Below are positions 42,964 to 54,159 of a stretch of DNA of 64,000 bases, one piece after another. The DNA comes from Blepharisma stoltei ATCC 30299. Taxonomy: Eukaryota > Protista > Ciliophora. The DNA lies in assembly GCA_965603825.1 (NCBI GenBank), contig CBFDEM010000053.1:806001-870000 (forward strand), read 5' to 3'. The position numbers were made by a program, and so were the translations under genes. Every line of letters starts with the position of its first letter. Position 1 is the stretch's first letter. The notes under the pieces are model-generated. The model worked only from the letters and a program-made list of their open reading frames with translations, was not told the DNA's origin and did no database searches.

Positions 42964-45900
42964 TTAATTTGAAATTAATTTGGTTAATTTTGATTTTTGC
43001 GTCACCGTCAAGTTTTCCCATATTTCTGGAAGCCCTGGATAATAAGAAGACTGTAGCATCGCTATAAAAGTCTTTACTTTAGGTACTGTATGCTGGTCAA
43101 TTAATTTTGTTTCTAATACATCTGCAAACAATACAATAATTTTCCCAAGCCTCTCATGTGAGCTTCCAACTGTTAATTGTGTGTTACTTATAGCGATATC
43201 TACCAATAAATCATGCATAATCCTAGCTTCAGTTTTATCGTGCTTTAATGGCAATAAATCGACCCAGCTTGGTACAAGTGGGTTTAGGTCTACACACATA
43301 GGCTGATATCTGATTATTTTTCCTACTGCAGATATAGCGTTATCTCTGGCGTGCTCATAGGTTTTTTTAGATCTGCCTAGTGGCAATGCAATGGCTTTAT
43401 TTAAAGAATCAAGAATTTGCTGAGCCATCCCTTGGAATGCCTGTGAATTACTATGAGTCGCTAACATCCCTAAGCCATACACAGCTGCTTGTCTTACACT
43501 GTCATTTTTATCACAAGAATATCTAAGCAGCGCTTCTGCTAGTGCACTCCATTTACTGACAGCCAAATCTTGCCCCACAAATTCTACAATATCGTCTATT
43601 ACAAAAATTGCAAATTTATGGTCTTCATCAGTCGACCCTGGAGCTAAAAATTTGCTCAATACATTTGCATATAAAAATTCCACGATATTTAAAGACTGTG
43701 TTCTATGAGTTTTAAAAAGTACACCAAGTACTTCAGAAACTGCAGACTGAAGGGAGTCTTCTTCATGCTTATTTGGCTCTTCGACGCCTTCTTCATTGTC
43801 GCTGTCTTCAGCTTGTAAAAATTGGTGCCTTGATCTTCTCTGAAGGCTATCTTCTAATAGTTTTAATACTCTTTCACCCACGTTATTGACCTCTTCAGCA
43901 GAAAGATAAACAGTTTTGGGGGTTTCTATAAGCATTTTGATAGCTTCAAGCTGGGCTACTAAGGTTTCTATTTCGAATTCTTGGCTTGCTGCAATCCAAA
44001 GAGCACTTAAAAACCTTCTAGCTAAAGGAACGACAAAGGAAAGGGAATTGGGATGGCCTGACTCTTTGAGGGAGACTATGAGGGAGGCACAGATGCTGGC
44101 AGCGGCTGAACGGATGCTTTCGTTAACTGGGTATCCAACTAATGGTAAAATTATGGTAGCTGTACGGTCTACATGTGGAGAATAAGCACCTTTGAGGACG
44201 TCAATGATGGTGAGCAGGGTTTGTAAAGCGACTTCTTTGTCTTCAATGTCAGATGTAGTCACGCTGAGCTTTTTCTTGGTATCTGACTTCATTAAGGACT
44301 CTATATCAATTTGAAGTTCAGGCTCAGTGCTGATGGAAACTTCTGCTTGGAGATTTGCAGCTTTGAGGAGGCCAGGAATGACATCACCAAGATAAGGAGC
44401 GAAATCTGATTTTAAGGTAGCACTGATTCTTTGCCAAGCACTGAGGAGATAAGCTTTAAGAGGATCGTTTTCCTCAAGCTGATGGTCTTGAATGTCTTTT
44501 AAGAGAGCTATTACTTGAGAAGCATTTCGAGAAAAAACATTTCTCCCGACAGCATTGCACATAAGGGTTAAACATTCTATCGCTTTTCCTCTTAGTAATT
44601 TATAAATCGAACTTTTATAATTTCTAATTATCTCAAAAAGATATGGCGCCATCTGTGGATAATATACCGCAAACTCTTCTTTACAAGCTTCAGCTAATGA
44701 CGCAAGCGCAGATAGGGCAATTTCTATAATAAATGAACAATTTTGTGAAGAAATCCTATCAATTAATTTCGGGATAATCAGAGGCGTATATTGGTTCGCT
44801 ATAGTATGTCCTGCGTTTTCCATAAATTTGTTTAAAGCGGCGCATGCACATGCTGCCACTCTTGGAACAGAATCAGTTGTCCCTTCTAATAAAAGCGGCA
44901 CAATAATAGCATGATGGCCTCTTTGGAACTCTTCTTCATAGTCTTCACTTAGTTTTTGTATACAATGATAGGCAGCCCATCTAATTTTTGAGTGAAATTC
45001 CTGCCCCACGCTACTTTGTAGTATAGGGATAAGTGTCGCTATTCTGGAGTCGTCATCTATATATTGGGCTACTTCGGCAACTGTCATTAGTCCTGCATAT
45101 CTGATTCTCCAGTCTTTATTAGAGCTGTTTAAAGACTGCTGGATTAGAGTTAGTACATAAGGCATTAATTGGGTATCCCCGACACCTTCAAGAAGTCTGC
45201 TGAGAAGTTTGCGGCCGCGTTTAGCATAATCGATATCAATGCTGCCTTCTTCGTCTTCTTGTTCTTGGTATCCTTCAGGTGGGACAAATCATGATTCTTC
45301 AATTTCTGAGTCTATTGTAAGCATAACTTTAAAAATCATATTACAAACAGCTTCTGCAAAAGCTTTGGCATTTTCCATTTCTATTGAAAGCCTTTCTGCT
45401 ATACACACCAAAAACTCAATAGCTAAATACTTAAGTCCTGAGTTTTCTATATTTAGCTGGCATATATTTGTAACGAAATTATAAGCAAGCTGCAGCTGTG
45501 GCTTAAAAAACTTCGGCTCAGATTCCGTAAGATCTCTTAGTGCAATCAGCGCTTCTTCTCCACTAACCTCATTTTTTTCGATTATCCACGCAATAGCCTT
45601 AAATATCGGACTTAAAAGCTCTCCAAAATACATAGCATCAGGTGTATCAATAATCCCTATCATATTGCAACAAGCCTGTACACAAGACAATTTTACATCA
45701 GCATCATTGTTTTCCATTTGCCTTCTAAAAACCTGAAATAAGCTTTCTTTATGCTTCAACATTTCTTCATGAAAAAAGGGAAATAGCTCGTTTAAAGTAT
45801 GAAATCCTGACGAAATTGTTCTATTATTATTTCCCATCACACATTCAAATAGAAAAGGCACTAATTGGTCCCATGACCCTTGTTCATCACTTGTGAAAAT

Positions 45901-46275
45901 AGCGACTGCAAGCTCTGATATAACGTCTCCAAGCCTTTTGCATAACGCTAGCATGTTTTCTTTTTTCATAATTTCGAGCAATTCTGATTTACAAATTTCT
46001 TGGGATTCAGGGGTCAGTCTTTTCCAAATTTGGATCCTTGATGGTGATAAATTGGAAAACATCTGTCTCAGTATAACAGCCCCAAGCATTTTGACCATCC
46101 CATCTTGGCTTTGTCTAAACATTCTTAAAATACAAATCACAAACTCATTGGGATGTTCAACTCTGAGCGTCTGCAATTGATTTTCTGCTCTTTTTCTAAT
46201 AGCATTATCAGAAGATAAAATCGAGGTCAAAATTCCTATGACACCTTGAACCTGCTGTTCAGTCACTATGTCCAT
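42964..46275 (-). CDS. IPO5: Importin-5/karyopherin beta-3 (about 1103 aa)
   Basis: IBN-N-like start (LSSDNAIRKRAE), HEAT repeats, LLRGKAIECLTL, VRQAAVYGLG, ARDNAISAVGKI and WVDLLPL. Joined through TGA at 45289. Confidence 0.88.
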
Positions 46276-46289
46276 TTTATGGTTATAAA

Positions 46290-46766
46290 ATGCAAAGTGT
46301 CAGCGATGGGAGGATCCATTTGTATAAACCAGGCACTTTGGAGAGAAATGAAGACAGAAATTCAATTGTACTGCAAGCTTTGGAGACTGGGGATGGAGAA
46401 TTGCTAGATTGGTGCATTGAAAATATGCAGGCGCCGCTAGATGTGCCTGATAGCTTGATAGCTCATTTGATTTATTTTTTGGCTGGAAGATTTTGGGTGC
46501 ACTCAGACCCAAAAGCTTTAGGATGGATAAGAAGCACAATTGTGAATAATAAAGAAAAAATCAAAGGAAACCAAGAAATAAGGCTGGTGCTAGATGAAGT
46601 CAATGGGAAATTAAAAGCAAAAGCTGCAGGAATAGAAGAGGTTGGAAAGCTGAAAAATAAGCTCGACAGAATTTTTACACAAAATAAGGCTGCTCAAGAT
46701 TTTGCTATTATTGAACAGCCACAAATAATAATCAATGAAGAAAACGATATGGATGTGGAAGATTAG
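46290..46766 (+). CDS. Small protein with Utp12/Dip2-like C-terminal domain
   Basis: VLQALETGDGELLDWC...WIRSTI...KLKNKLD plus an acidic tail resembles the UTP5/UTP12 domain. Confidence 0.55.
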   Translation: MQSVSDGRIHLYKPGTLERNEDRNSIVLQALETGDGELLDWCIENMQAPLDVPDSLIAHLIYFLAGRFWVHSDPKALGWIRSTIVNNKEKIKGNQEIRLVLDEVNGKLKAKAAGIEEVGKLKNKLDRIFTQNKAAQDFAIIEQPQIIINEENDMDVED

Positions 46767-46830
46767 TTATTAATTTTACATAAAACTATAGAGATTAAAA
46801 TGCGATTATTGACATATTTATAGAAATAAA

Positions 46831-48723
46831 ATGCACTCTTTAATAAATAGAAAGCGCTTTAGGCAAGCTGATGGTTCGCTAATTCAAGGAATTCCAAGTG
46901 AAGTGGAAACGTTTATAAAAGCCTTCCCAAACGAATTTTACCAGATAAAAGAAATTCCAGATGATCAAGATATAAAAAAGCAATACATTATTGCAGCTCT
47001 TTTTGAATGCTTTTTCTTTTATAGGCTAGATGAATTTTCTTGTTTTGAGAAGTGCATAATAAATTTCAATGTAGAAACTAATTATCCTATAGAACTTATA
47101 AGACGCTTTAAAATAGAAAGAATGCAATTTCTTGATAAGGAATTTGGCACAGAGATGTTTAAAAATTACTCAGTTTGATTAGTTAATTTTATTTGTAAAT
47201 TCAATCAGATAGAGGGGGAAGATTTTGATCATAGAATGCTTAAAAATTTGACTCAATCACTCCCATTTAGAGCTGTTTTAGTTCGAAATGGCTCTAAAAT
47301 ATTTTACACAAATCCTTCAAGCATGGTTACTTTGATCATTTACCTTTGCAATGGTGCATTTTATATTTTTTACCCAAAAATTACCTTTAATTGGGATTCG
47401 ATATATAAATTTATCCCTGAAAAAAATTCTCTTCAAACGGGTAAAATTAAGTTTAGCTGTTTTTGCTTAGTGAATCTTCCTGCACATCTAGATGGATTTA
47501 ACCAATGACTAGAGATAACAAAAATGATGGAAATATGCCCAAAATGTGCATCAAAAAATACATCAATTGACAGAGAAATAATCAAGAAATTTAAAAAAGA
47601 TTGTTTTTTTAATAAATGCTTCTATTGTAGGCAGAGCACAGATCTGATAAGCTTCGAAAATATAGACTATTCTTTTTGCCGATCTTGCATAGTCACTTAT
47701 AGAAATTCAATTCTTAAAGATATAGGTTCAATTGCTAATCAGGAGAGATTTGATCCAATAAAAGCAATAAACACTTTGAGTGAAGAAATAAGAGAAATAG
47801 AAAAAAATTATTTTACATGCTATAACTGCAGATGCCTTAATATCAACAAAAATGATCCAGTACGTCGCTGCTTTACTTTTAGCCCTAATATATCTATCTG
47901 TAGGATTTGCATAAAAAACATGATCGATTCACAGCAATCTGAATTTAAGTATCAGAATTTGAAGGACCTATCCGAATTCCCCAATTATATAAATGTCATT
48001 AAAGCTGATAGAGAATTTTTAGAATTGTTTTGTGTGCGTTGCAATGAAGAATTAGCAAGCAAAAAACATATTGAAATTTTAAACCACGAAACTTGCATTC
48101 AAAGATATTGCCAAAAATGTCTAAGCCAAATAGATGTTGAGGAATGCTGCTGGTGTGGGAATCTGCTGATCAATACTTCTAATAATATTCTTTATGATAT
48201 GTGCATAAGTTGCAATAAAAACCTTCCAAAATCAGTCATAAGCGAAGGTATATGCAAAATTTGTAAAACAGATTCTGAAATGGACATGGAAACAGAAAAA
48301 GAGTCCAGAGCAATGATCGACATAAAGAAATATTTGAAGACCCCTCTTAATTGAAAGAAAGTTAATAATGGTATAATAGAAATATCTCCAGAATTTAGAG
48401 ATGATCGCAATATATATGTCGGAAATTGCCTTATTTTTAAACTTCAACTTGATAGAGGCTACATCTCTTCTGTATGAGTGATTCCAGTCATTTACCATCC
48501 AAATTTCAATAATGATGGAAAATTATCATCTGAGCTTGTTCTGCAAAAATTAAGAACAAAAAGCATTTCTGACGATTTACGTTCTCTTTTCAAAATTCTA
48601 TATCACCCTAATGAGTCATTTATAGAAAATGAAAAAGCATTTAAACTGTGGAAAAATAACCAAAAGGGCTATAATTTGATGGCAAAAATATATCTCAACA
48701 CAAGTGGGCTTGAAAATTCATAA
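46831..48723 (+). CDS. 630-aa fusion: degenerate otubain-like region, Cys-rich zinc-finger region and C-terminal UEV-like domain
   Basis: One frame through TGA at 47176, 47506, 48352 and 48475. Many CxxC pairs. C-terminal IYHPNFNNDGKLSSEL...ENEKAFKLWKNNQKGYNLMAK resembles an E2 fold. Confidence 0.7.
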
Positions 48724-48905
48724 TACTAGCTCTTCATTTATTAAAAATATTAGTAGGATAATCAATAATTTATTTCTCTGCTTGACTAAAGCCTCAAACT
48801 TTTTTTCTATATATTTTATTAATAATACTAAATATTCCATATTCACCTTTCCCTTCTTAATTCTAATACAATCAATATTCTTAAATTAGTAAATTAAAAA
48901 TTTCA

Positions 48906-50642
48906 TTACCCGAAAGCTTTTAAAGATAAATCTGAATAAAACTTGACATCGACATCGTCATCTCTGCTCATTGTCTTCAAAATAGCTTTTATCCGATCTT
49001 TTGTCGATGCATCAGTAACTAGAGGGAAAACTTCTTTGATAAGCCTAGCAATGTTAAGCCTTATATTAGGCACTGCATCTGATGACAGAGAAACTATCAT
49101 TGGGACCACAATCGCTAAAATTTTCTCTTCAGACATTTTTGACAAAAACGCTTTTACCATGGAAATCATTGTCATTCGTCTCAGATAACTTTCACTTGCT
49201 TGGAATTCAGCTATTTCTTCACTGATTTTAGCTTCTGCCCATGTAGAGCCATATAGCTCAGAAAGTTCTTTGTAGCCTTTTATGATCGACTCTCTGACAG
49301 AGAACACAGAATCGTTCAGCAATTTTTTCATGATTGAGTCTAAATGCATGCTGAAAAATTCTAGGCCAAGCTGTCGGCCTAGTATAGGAATAGTATCAGC
49401 TGCTCTTATTCTAATTCTTCACTGTTTATCTTCACTTAGTTCTTGGAGAGCTGGTATTATATGTTTTCCAATAATTTCAAAACCTACGACTGACCCTAAG
49501 CTTTCTAAGTCAGAAAACAAACACATTCGTAAATCTGGAGAAGGGTCCTTAGACAAGTCATTCAGGATTTTTACTATGTGCATTTCGGTATTCGCTTTGC
49601 CGATTATTGGGGAAACTTTATTTATATTGGACGCCAAAGCAATTTTTACTGAGTCTACGTCAGCTGTTAAAGGTGACAAAATTTGCAAAATAATTATCAT
49701 TTGGTCAATTGGCAAAAGTTTTCCAAACTCAGCCAATCTTGTGCAGGCCATTGTTCTTACTTCAGTTTCTGGGTCCTGCAAGAATTTAATGTAATAAGGG
49801 CATAATAAATTAGTCCTGTGCTCATTTGATAAACACTCTCCAAGCTCAGCTATTTTATCACATAGCATGTACCTGATTTTCCAGCTTTTATCCTCTAAGA
49901 TTACTCTTAGCATCGGAATTATGCTGGCATTTACAATATTTTCAGGGTAAAATTTACAAAACTCAATAAGATTTTCAACAGTTAGCAGCCTCACTGTATC
50001 TTCTTTATCATTCGTTATTAGCCTCAGACACTCAATCAGCACATTTTCATGCGAAATACACACATTTGGTAGGAACTTCAAATTTTCTGCAGCCGACTTC
50101 CTCACCTGTGGCTGGTTATTTTCTAAAATTCCTTTAAAAATCTCAAGGACTGCTGTTTTTCCTTCATTTGACATGCTTCCTATACACACCGAAATAGCCA
50201 TAGCAGCTCCACTTTTGGACGTAAAATAGTCGCCATCGTTCATTCTTTTAATCATATCAAGCAGTGCTGGCTCTAATAAAGGCATATCTAGCTGATTAAA
50301 AATTGTTTTAAAACTTTGAACGGCCGATGCACGCACTGAGGAGTCTTCTACTTGGCAAAGCAGCTCTAAAGGGTCAAACAGGACGTGTGCGAAATATTTT
50401 CCACCTACACAGTCAATCATAGTAGGCAAAATTTCTGAGAGTGACAGCAAAACTTGTTCTTCATCATCTATTAGTTCAGATAAATAAGGAATCAGCTCAG
50501 TTCTAGTTCGTTCATAGCCTAAAGCAGTTGCAATTGTGCGGAGATTTTTGATGGAGTTTATCCTTCGTGAAATTTCGTCACTTCTAAGCTCATCTATGAG
50601 AACAGCGATAGGGTATAAAGAACTTTCTTCAGAATTTGACAT
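48906..50642 (-). CDS. PPP2R1A: Protein phosphatase 2A scaffold subunit A (PR65)
   Basis: LYPIAVLIDELRS, IATALGYERTRTELIP, EDKSWKIRY, EDKQ(W=TGA)RIR, VFSVRE and DAVPNIRLN. Confidence 0.94.
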
Positions 50643-50704
50643 AAATTTATTTTAACTAAAAATAAACCATTATGAAAAGAAGGTATTTAATGATTGAAAA
50701 AAGA

Positions 50705-50777
50705 AGCCTCCATCCGGGTTTGAACCGGAGACCTTTTGCTTACTAAGCAAATGCTCTGCCGACTGAGCTATAGAGGC
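50705..50777 (-). tRNA. tRNA-Thr (AGT)
   Basis: GCCTCTATAGCTCAGTCGGCAGAGCATTTGCTTAGTAAGCAAAAGGTCTCCGGTTCAAACCCGGATGGAGGCT folds as a cloverleaf with anticodon AGT and a TTC T-loop. Downstream T-run terminator, no encoded CCA. Confidence 0.96.
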
Positions 50778-50886
50778 AGTGATCAAACTATGCAAGAATA
50801 ATATTTATACAAAAAAACTTTTGTATCAGAGTGTTTATAAATTAAAGAAAATATGATTTTTATATAAATTAGCCGCACTATTCAAA

Positions 50887-51465
50887 ATGGATTCTGTTTT
50901 TCGTACTCCTCAAGTCCACGTTATTGGCGAAATCATAGGTGCAAGTGGCTTTGCTTCAACTAAAGTATATGCAAGAGTAACCACAATATAGTGGCGTATG
51001 AATGTTGGTCATGATTGAAGGCTCCTATCAGGAATTGATAATGGTGAAACTTTCTATGACTGTACCGAAGTAATTGCCAATTAGCACGTCGAAGATATCT
51101 CTGTATTTGAGCATCCTTTAGATTTACATTATGCTTGTAAAACGATTTCTGGCTGGCCAAAATTTGACGTAGAAGTATGAACAGTTGATACACATGGCCG
51201 ACATTCTATTGCAGGCTATGGCTGTCTTACACTCCCAATGTCCCCTGGACAATATGAACTCGACGTCCTCTTGTGACGACCAGAAGGCGGAATATATGAA
51301 AAACTCACAAGTTTCTTTTTATCTGCAAACCCTGAGCTTGTACACAAAAACATGGTAATCTCAGGCAACGACAGGTTTGGCCTGCAGACAATATCAACTG
51401 GAAAAGTGATGCTGAGGGTAGGAGTCATTGTAAAAGATTTTAATTTGCATGGAGTTTTAATGTAA
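50887..51465 (+). CDS. B9D2: B9 domain ciliary transition-zone protein (182 aa, two 15-nt introns); absent from the ORF track
   Basis: PQVHVIGEIIGASGF...FEHPLDLHYACKTISGWPKFDVEVWTVDTHGRHSIAGYG...PMSPG...WRPEG...DRFGLQTISTGKV...KDFNLHGV. Confidence 0.92.
50977..50991 (+). other. 15-nt intron (GTAACCACAATATAG)
   Basis: Ends in an in-frame TAG within B9D2. A at position 10. Confidence 0.9.
51070..51084 (+). other. 15-nt intron (GTAATTGCCAATTAG)
   Basis: Ends in an in-frame TAG within B9D2. A at position 10. Confidence 0.9.
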
Positions 51466-51477
51466 TGCATAATTAAT

Positions 51478-52689
51478 ATGAGAAGAGTTGTAGTGACTGG
51501 GATTGGAATGGTCACTCCTTTAGGAAACTCAGCAACTTCTACTTTTCAAGCACTTTGCAATGGTGAATGCGGGATTAGTAGGATTAATAATGATCAATTT
51601 CGAGCTCTTCCTGTACAAATAGGCGGAATACCTAAATTTCAGCCTGAATCTTGGCTTTCAAAATTATCAATAAAATCTCTTTGCAATACATATGCCTTGG
51701 CAGCGTGCACAGAAGCGTTAGAACAAGCTAATTATAAGAAAATAAACAAAAATGATATAGGAATAGTCATGGATTCCTGCTCAAGTGACATAGTGTCAGC
51801 TAATAAAAAGCTGAAAAACAGTGAAAATTCTCAAGAAAGCGAATTAGGGCCATCATTGTTTATGGACTCCAGATCTCGAATTTTGGCTGAATATTTTGAC
51901 ATTTTTGGGTACAATAATACTGTAGTTACACCATTAGGAGCTTTAGCGTCAGTAGGACATGGTTTTAATACTATACAGGACGGAAATTCTAAAGCTGTTT
52001 TAGTAATAGGATCCCAGCACTGTGTAGAGCCTATTCATATACAAGCTTTAGACAATCTTGGCTTATTAAATAGAGATGACAACGGAACTCCTAATAACTC
52101 AATGAGGCCATATGATATAAATGCTAAAGGAATTGTCCTAGGTGAAGGCGCTGCAGCATTAGTATTAGAAGATTATGAGCATGCTAAAAATAGAAGCGCA
52201 GAAATAATTGCAGAAATATTAAGCTTTGCAAGGACAAATGATGCAAAATATATATTAAAAGCTGATGAAGAAGGGAATATGATGGACAAAGCGATCAGTT
52301 TAAGCTTAGAAAGAGCTAATGTAGATGAAAAAGATATTAGTTTAGTGATTGGAGAAGGGTCAGGACTGCATGAAAAAGATAGGGTGGAAATACAAGCCTT
52401 AGAGAAATTGCTGAATTATCCATCAGTGACTACGTATAGAGCTGGATTAGGAAATATGATGGCAGCTTCAGGGCCAGTCCAAGCAGCACTTGGAGCTATT
52501 TCTATAAAAGAAGGCAAAGTATTTCCGATACACAATTTTAGCGCTTCTTTTAGGATTAAGGGAAGCATACCTGATATAGATTTTGTTAAAAAATGCAGCA
52601 GTTTGGCACTTGAAAATGTATTGCTGACAGGAATTAGTATTGGTGGGAATAACTACGCTATGGTTTTGAGTAAAGCCAATAGGAATTAA
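51478..52689 (+). CDS. Beta-ketoacyl-ACP synthase II (FabF/OXSM)-fold protein lacking the catalytic triad
   Basis: MRRVVVTGIGMVTPLG and SMRPYD...GIVLGEGAAALVLEDYEHAKNR. Catalytic motifs are altered: TPLGA for TACA, GEGSG for AHGTST, and GNMMAASG for GHLLGAAG. Confidence 0.85.
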   Translation: MRRVVVTGIGMVTPLGNSATSTFQALCNGECGISRINNDQFRALPVQIGGIPKFQPESWLSKLSIKSLCNTYALAACTEALEQANYKKINKNDIGIVMDSCSSDIVSANKKLKNSENSQESELGPSLFMDSRSRILAEYFDIFGYNNTVVTPLGALASVGHGFNTIQDGNSKAVLVIGSQHCVEPIHIQALDNLGLLNRDDNGTPNNSMRPYDINAKGIVLGEGAAALVLEDYEHAKNRSAEIIAEILSFARTNDAKYILKADEEGNMMDKAISLSLERANVDEKDISLVIGEGSGLHEKDRVEIQALEKLLNYPSVTTYRAGLGNMMAASGPVQAALGAISIKEGKVFPIHNFSASFRIKGSIPDIDFVKKCSSLALENVLLTGISIGGNNYAMVLSKANRN

Positions 52690-52759
52690 TTTAGGCTCGA
52701 TTTAAATTTTAAAAGGTCTAGTTATAAAAAATAAGATTTTAAGACAAGCAAATTAATAA

Positions 52760-54118
52760 TTACACATTAGCACTTGCAAACTTCTCAGTTTTTATAATCT
52801 TTAAATCTGCAAACTGCCGATCTTGGGTCAATTTAATATACCCTTTATTAGCAATAATCAGCAACTCATAAAAGCCTCCAGCAACTACTTTTCTTTCTTT
52901 GTTTTTTGCTAAGCTGTTATACCCAATCATATTATTTTTTTTCATATTTTGCTTTAAAAGTGCCAGCATTTTGGCTGATCTTTGACTTCAATCTTCTCTT
53001 GTATCTACTACAGGCGGAGATGGCGGAATTACAGGCTCAAATTCTTCAATTGGCTCATTTATAGGGAAATTTTCGTCTAAAGGCTCAATAGGTGATGACG
53101 GGTTAAACTGATTCGCATCAAAGTCATCAGGTTCATATAAAATAGGCTGCTCTTCTTGCTTTTTCACTGGAAACTTCCCAGTTCCATCATAAAATTCTTT
53201 AAGCTCAGCTGGAAGATCAGGAATTATTGCTCTTTGAAATAAGCTGATAGCATCTAGCCTATACTCTTTTACTGTAAACATACTATGCATTTTCAATATC
53301 TCCCCTTCACTTGTATATAAATTGTCATATTCTTGTGTCATTATTGTCTCTTTATCATCAATCCAATGCTTTTTCATGCTCCTGTGTTTTTCTATTTTTT
53401 CTGTTTTTTTTCTTTTTTTTATTGCTATTTTAGGAGTTGCCAAGCTAATTTTGTCAGCATTCTCTTCCGTCCTTTCTAGCACTGGCTGCGGCATTTGAAA
53501 ATCATTCATCTCTACATCGATATCAGGCCCTACCATACTTGTGTCAAGCTGCATTCCATCATCAAATTTCATACTAGAAGCTACGTCAAATAGAAAATTA
53601 TCAGTGATATCCAATTCCCCAACACTTTTCATACCAGTCGAATATCTTGAGTATCTTGGCGTATATTCAATTTCTTTTAATGTAATTTCATCTTTTGAAG
53701 CTCGATTTCTAGCAATTTCAACGCTGGATCTGGCACTTTGAAGTAAAGAAGAAGACGATAAAGAGTTTTCAAAGTATGTTAAAGGCTTGGGCTTTTTATT
53801 AGACATAGTTATGTCAGTTGAGGTAGCTTTTGTGTTAGCGTTTTTAGATTTTTCCTTACCTGTGGTGACGTCGTCGATTAAGGATTCGACTTCTGAGAGG
53901 ATTAGGAGAGCTTTACGGTAAAAAAGTTTGATTATTCCGATGAGAAGGTACCCAGAGACTCGAAGACGAATTTGAGTTTGAGGAGATTTTATTACGTCTA
54001 TGGATTCTGTGATGTTGTGGTTTTTTATGATATTCTTAGTAAGCTTTTTTTCCCAGTGAGCAGCTAGTCAGACTTGGGCTAAAGCTGCATTGTCACTGAT
54101 TACGAGTTGTGTATTCAT
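52760..54118 (-). CDS. RAD21: Cohesin kleisin RAD21/REC8 family (452 aa)
   Basis: N-terminal ALAQV(W=TGA)LAAHWEKKLTK...LRVSGYLLIGIIKLFYRK and C-terminal RKVVAGGFYELLIIANKGYIKLTQDRQFADL. Joined through TGA at 52988. Confidence 0.9.
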
Positions 54119-54159
54119 TATGGCGGGCTAAATAAGTATGCTAAAAATGGTTATATAAA

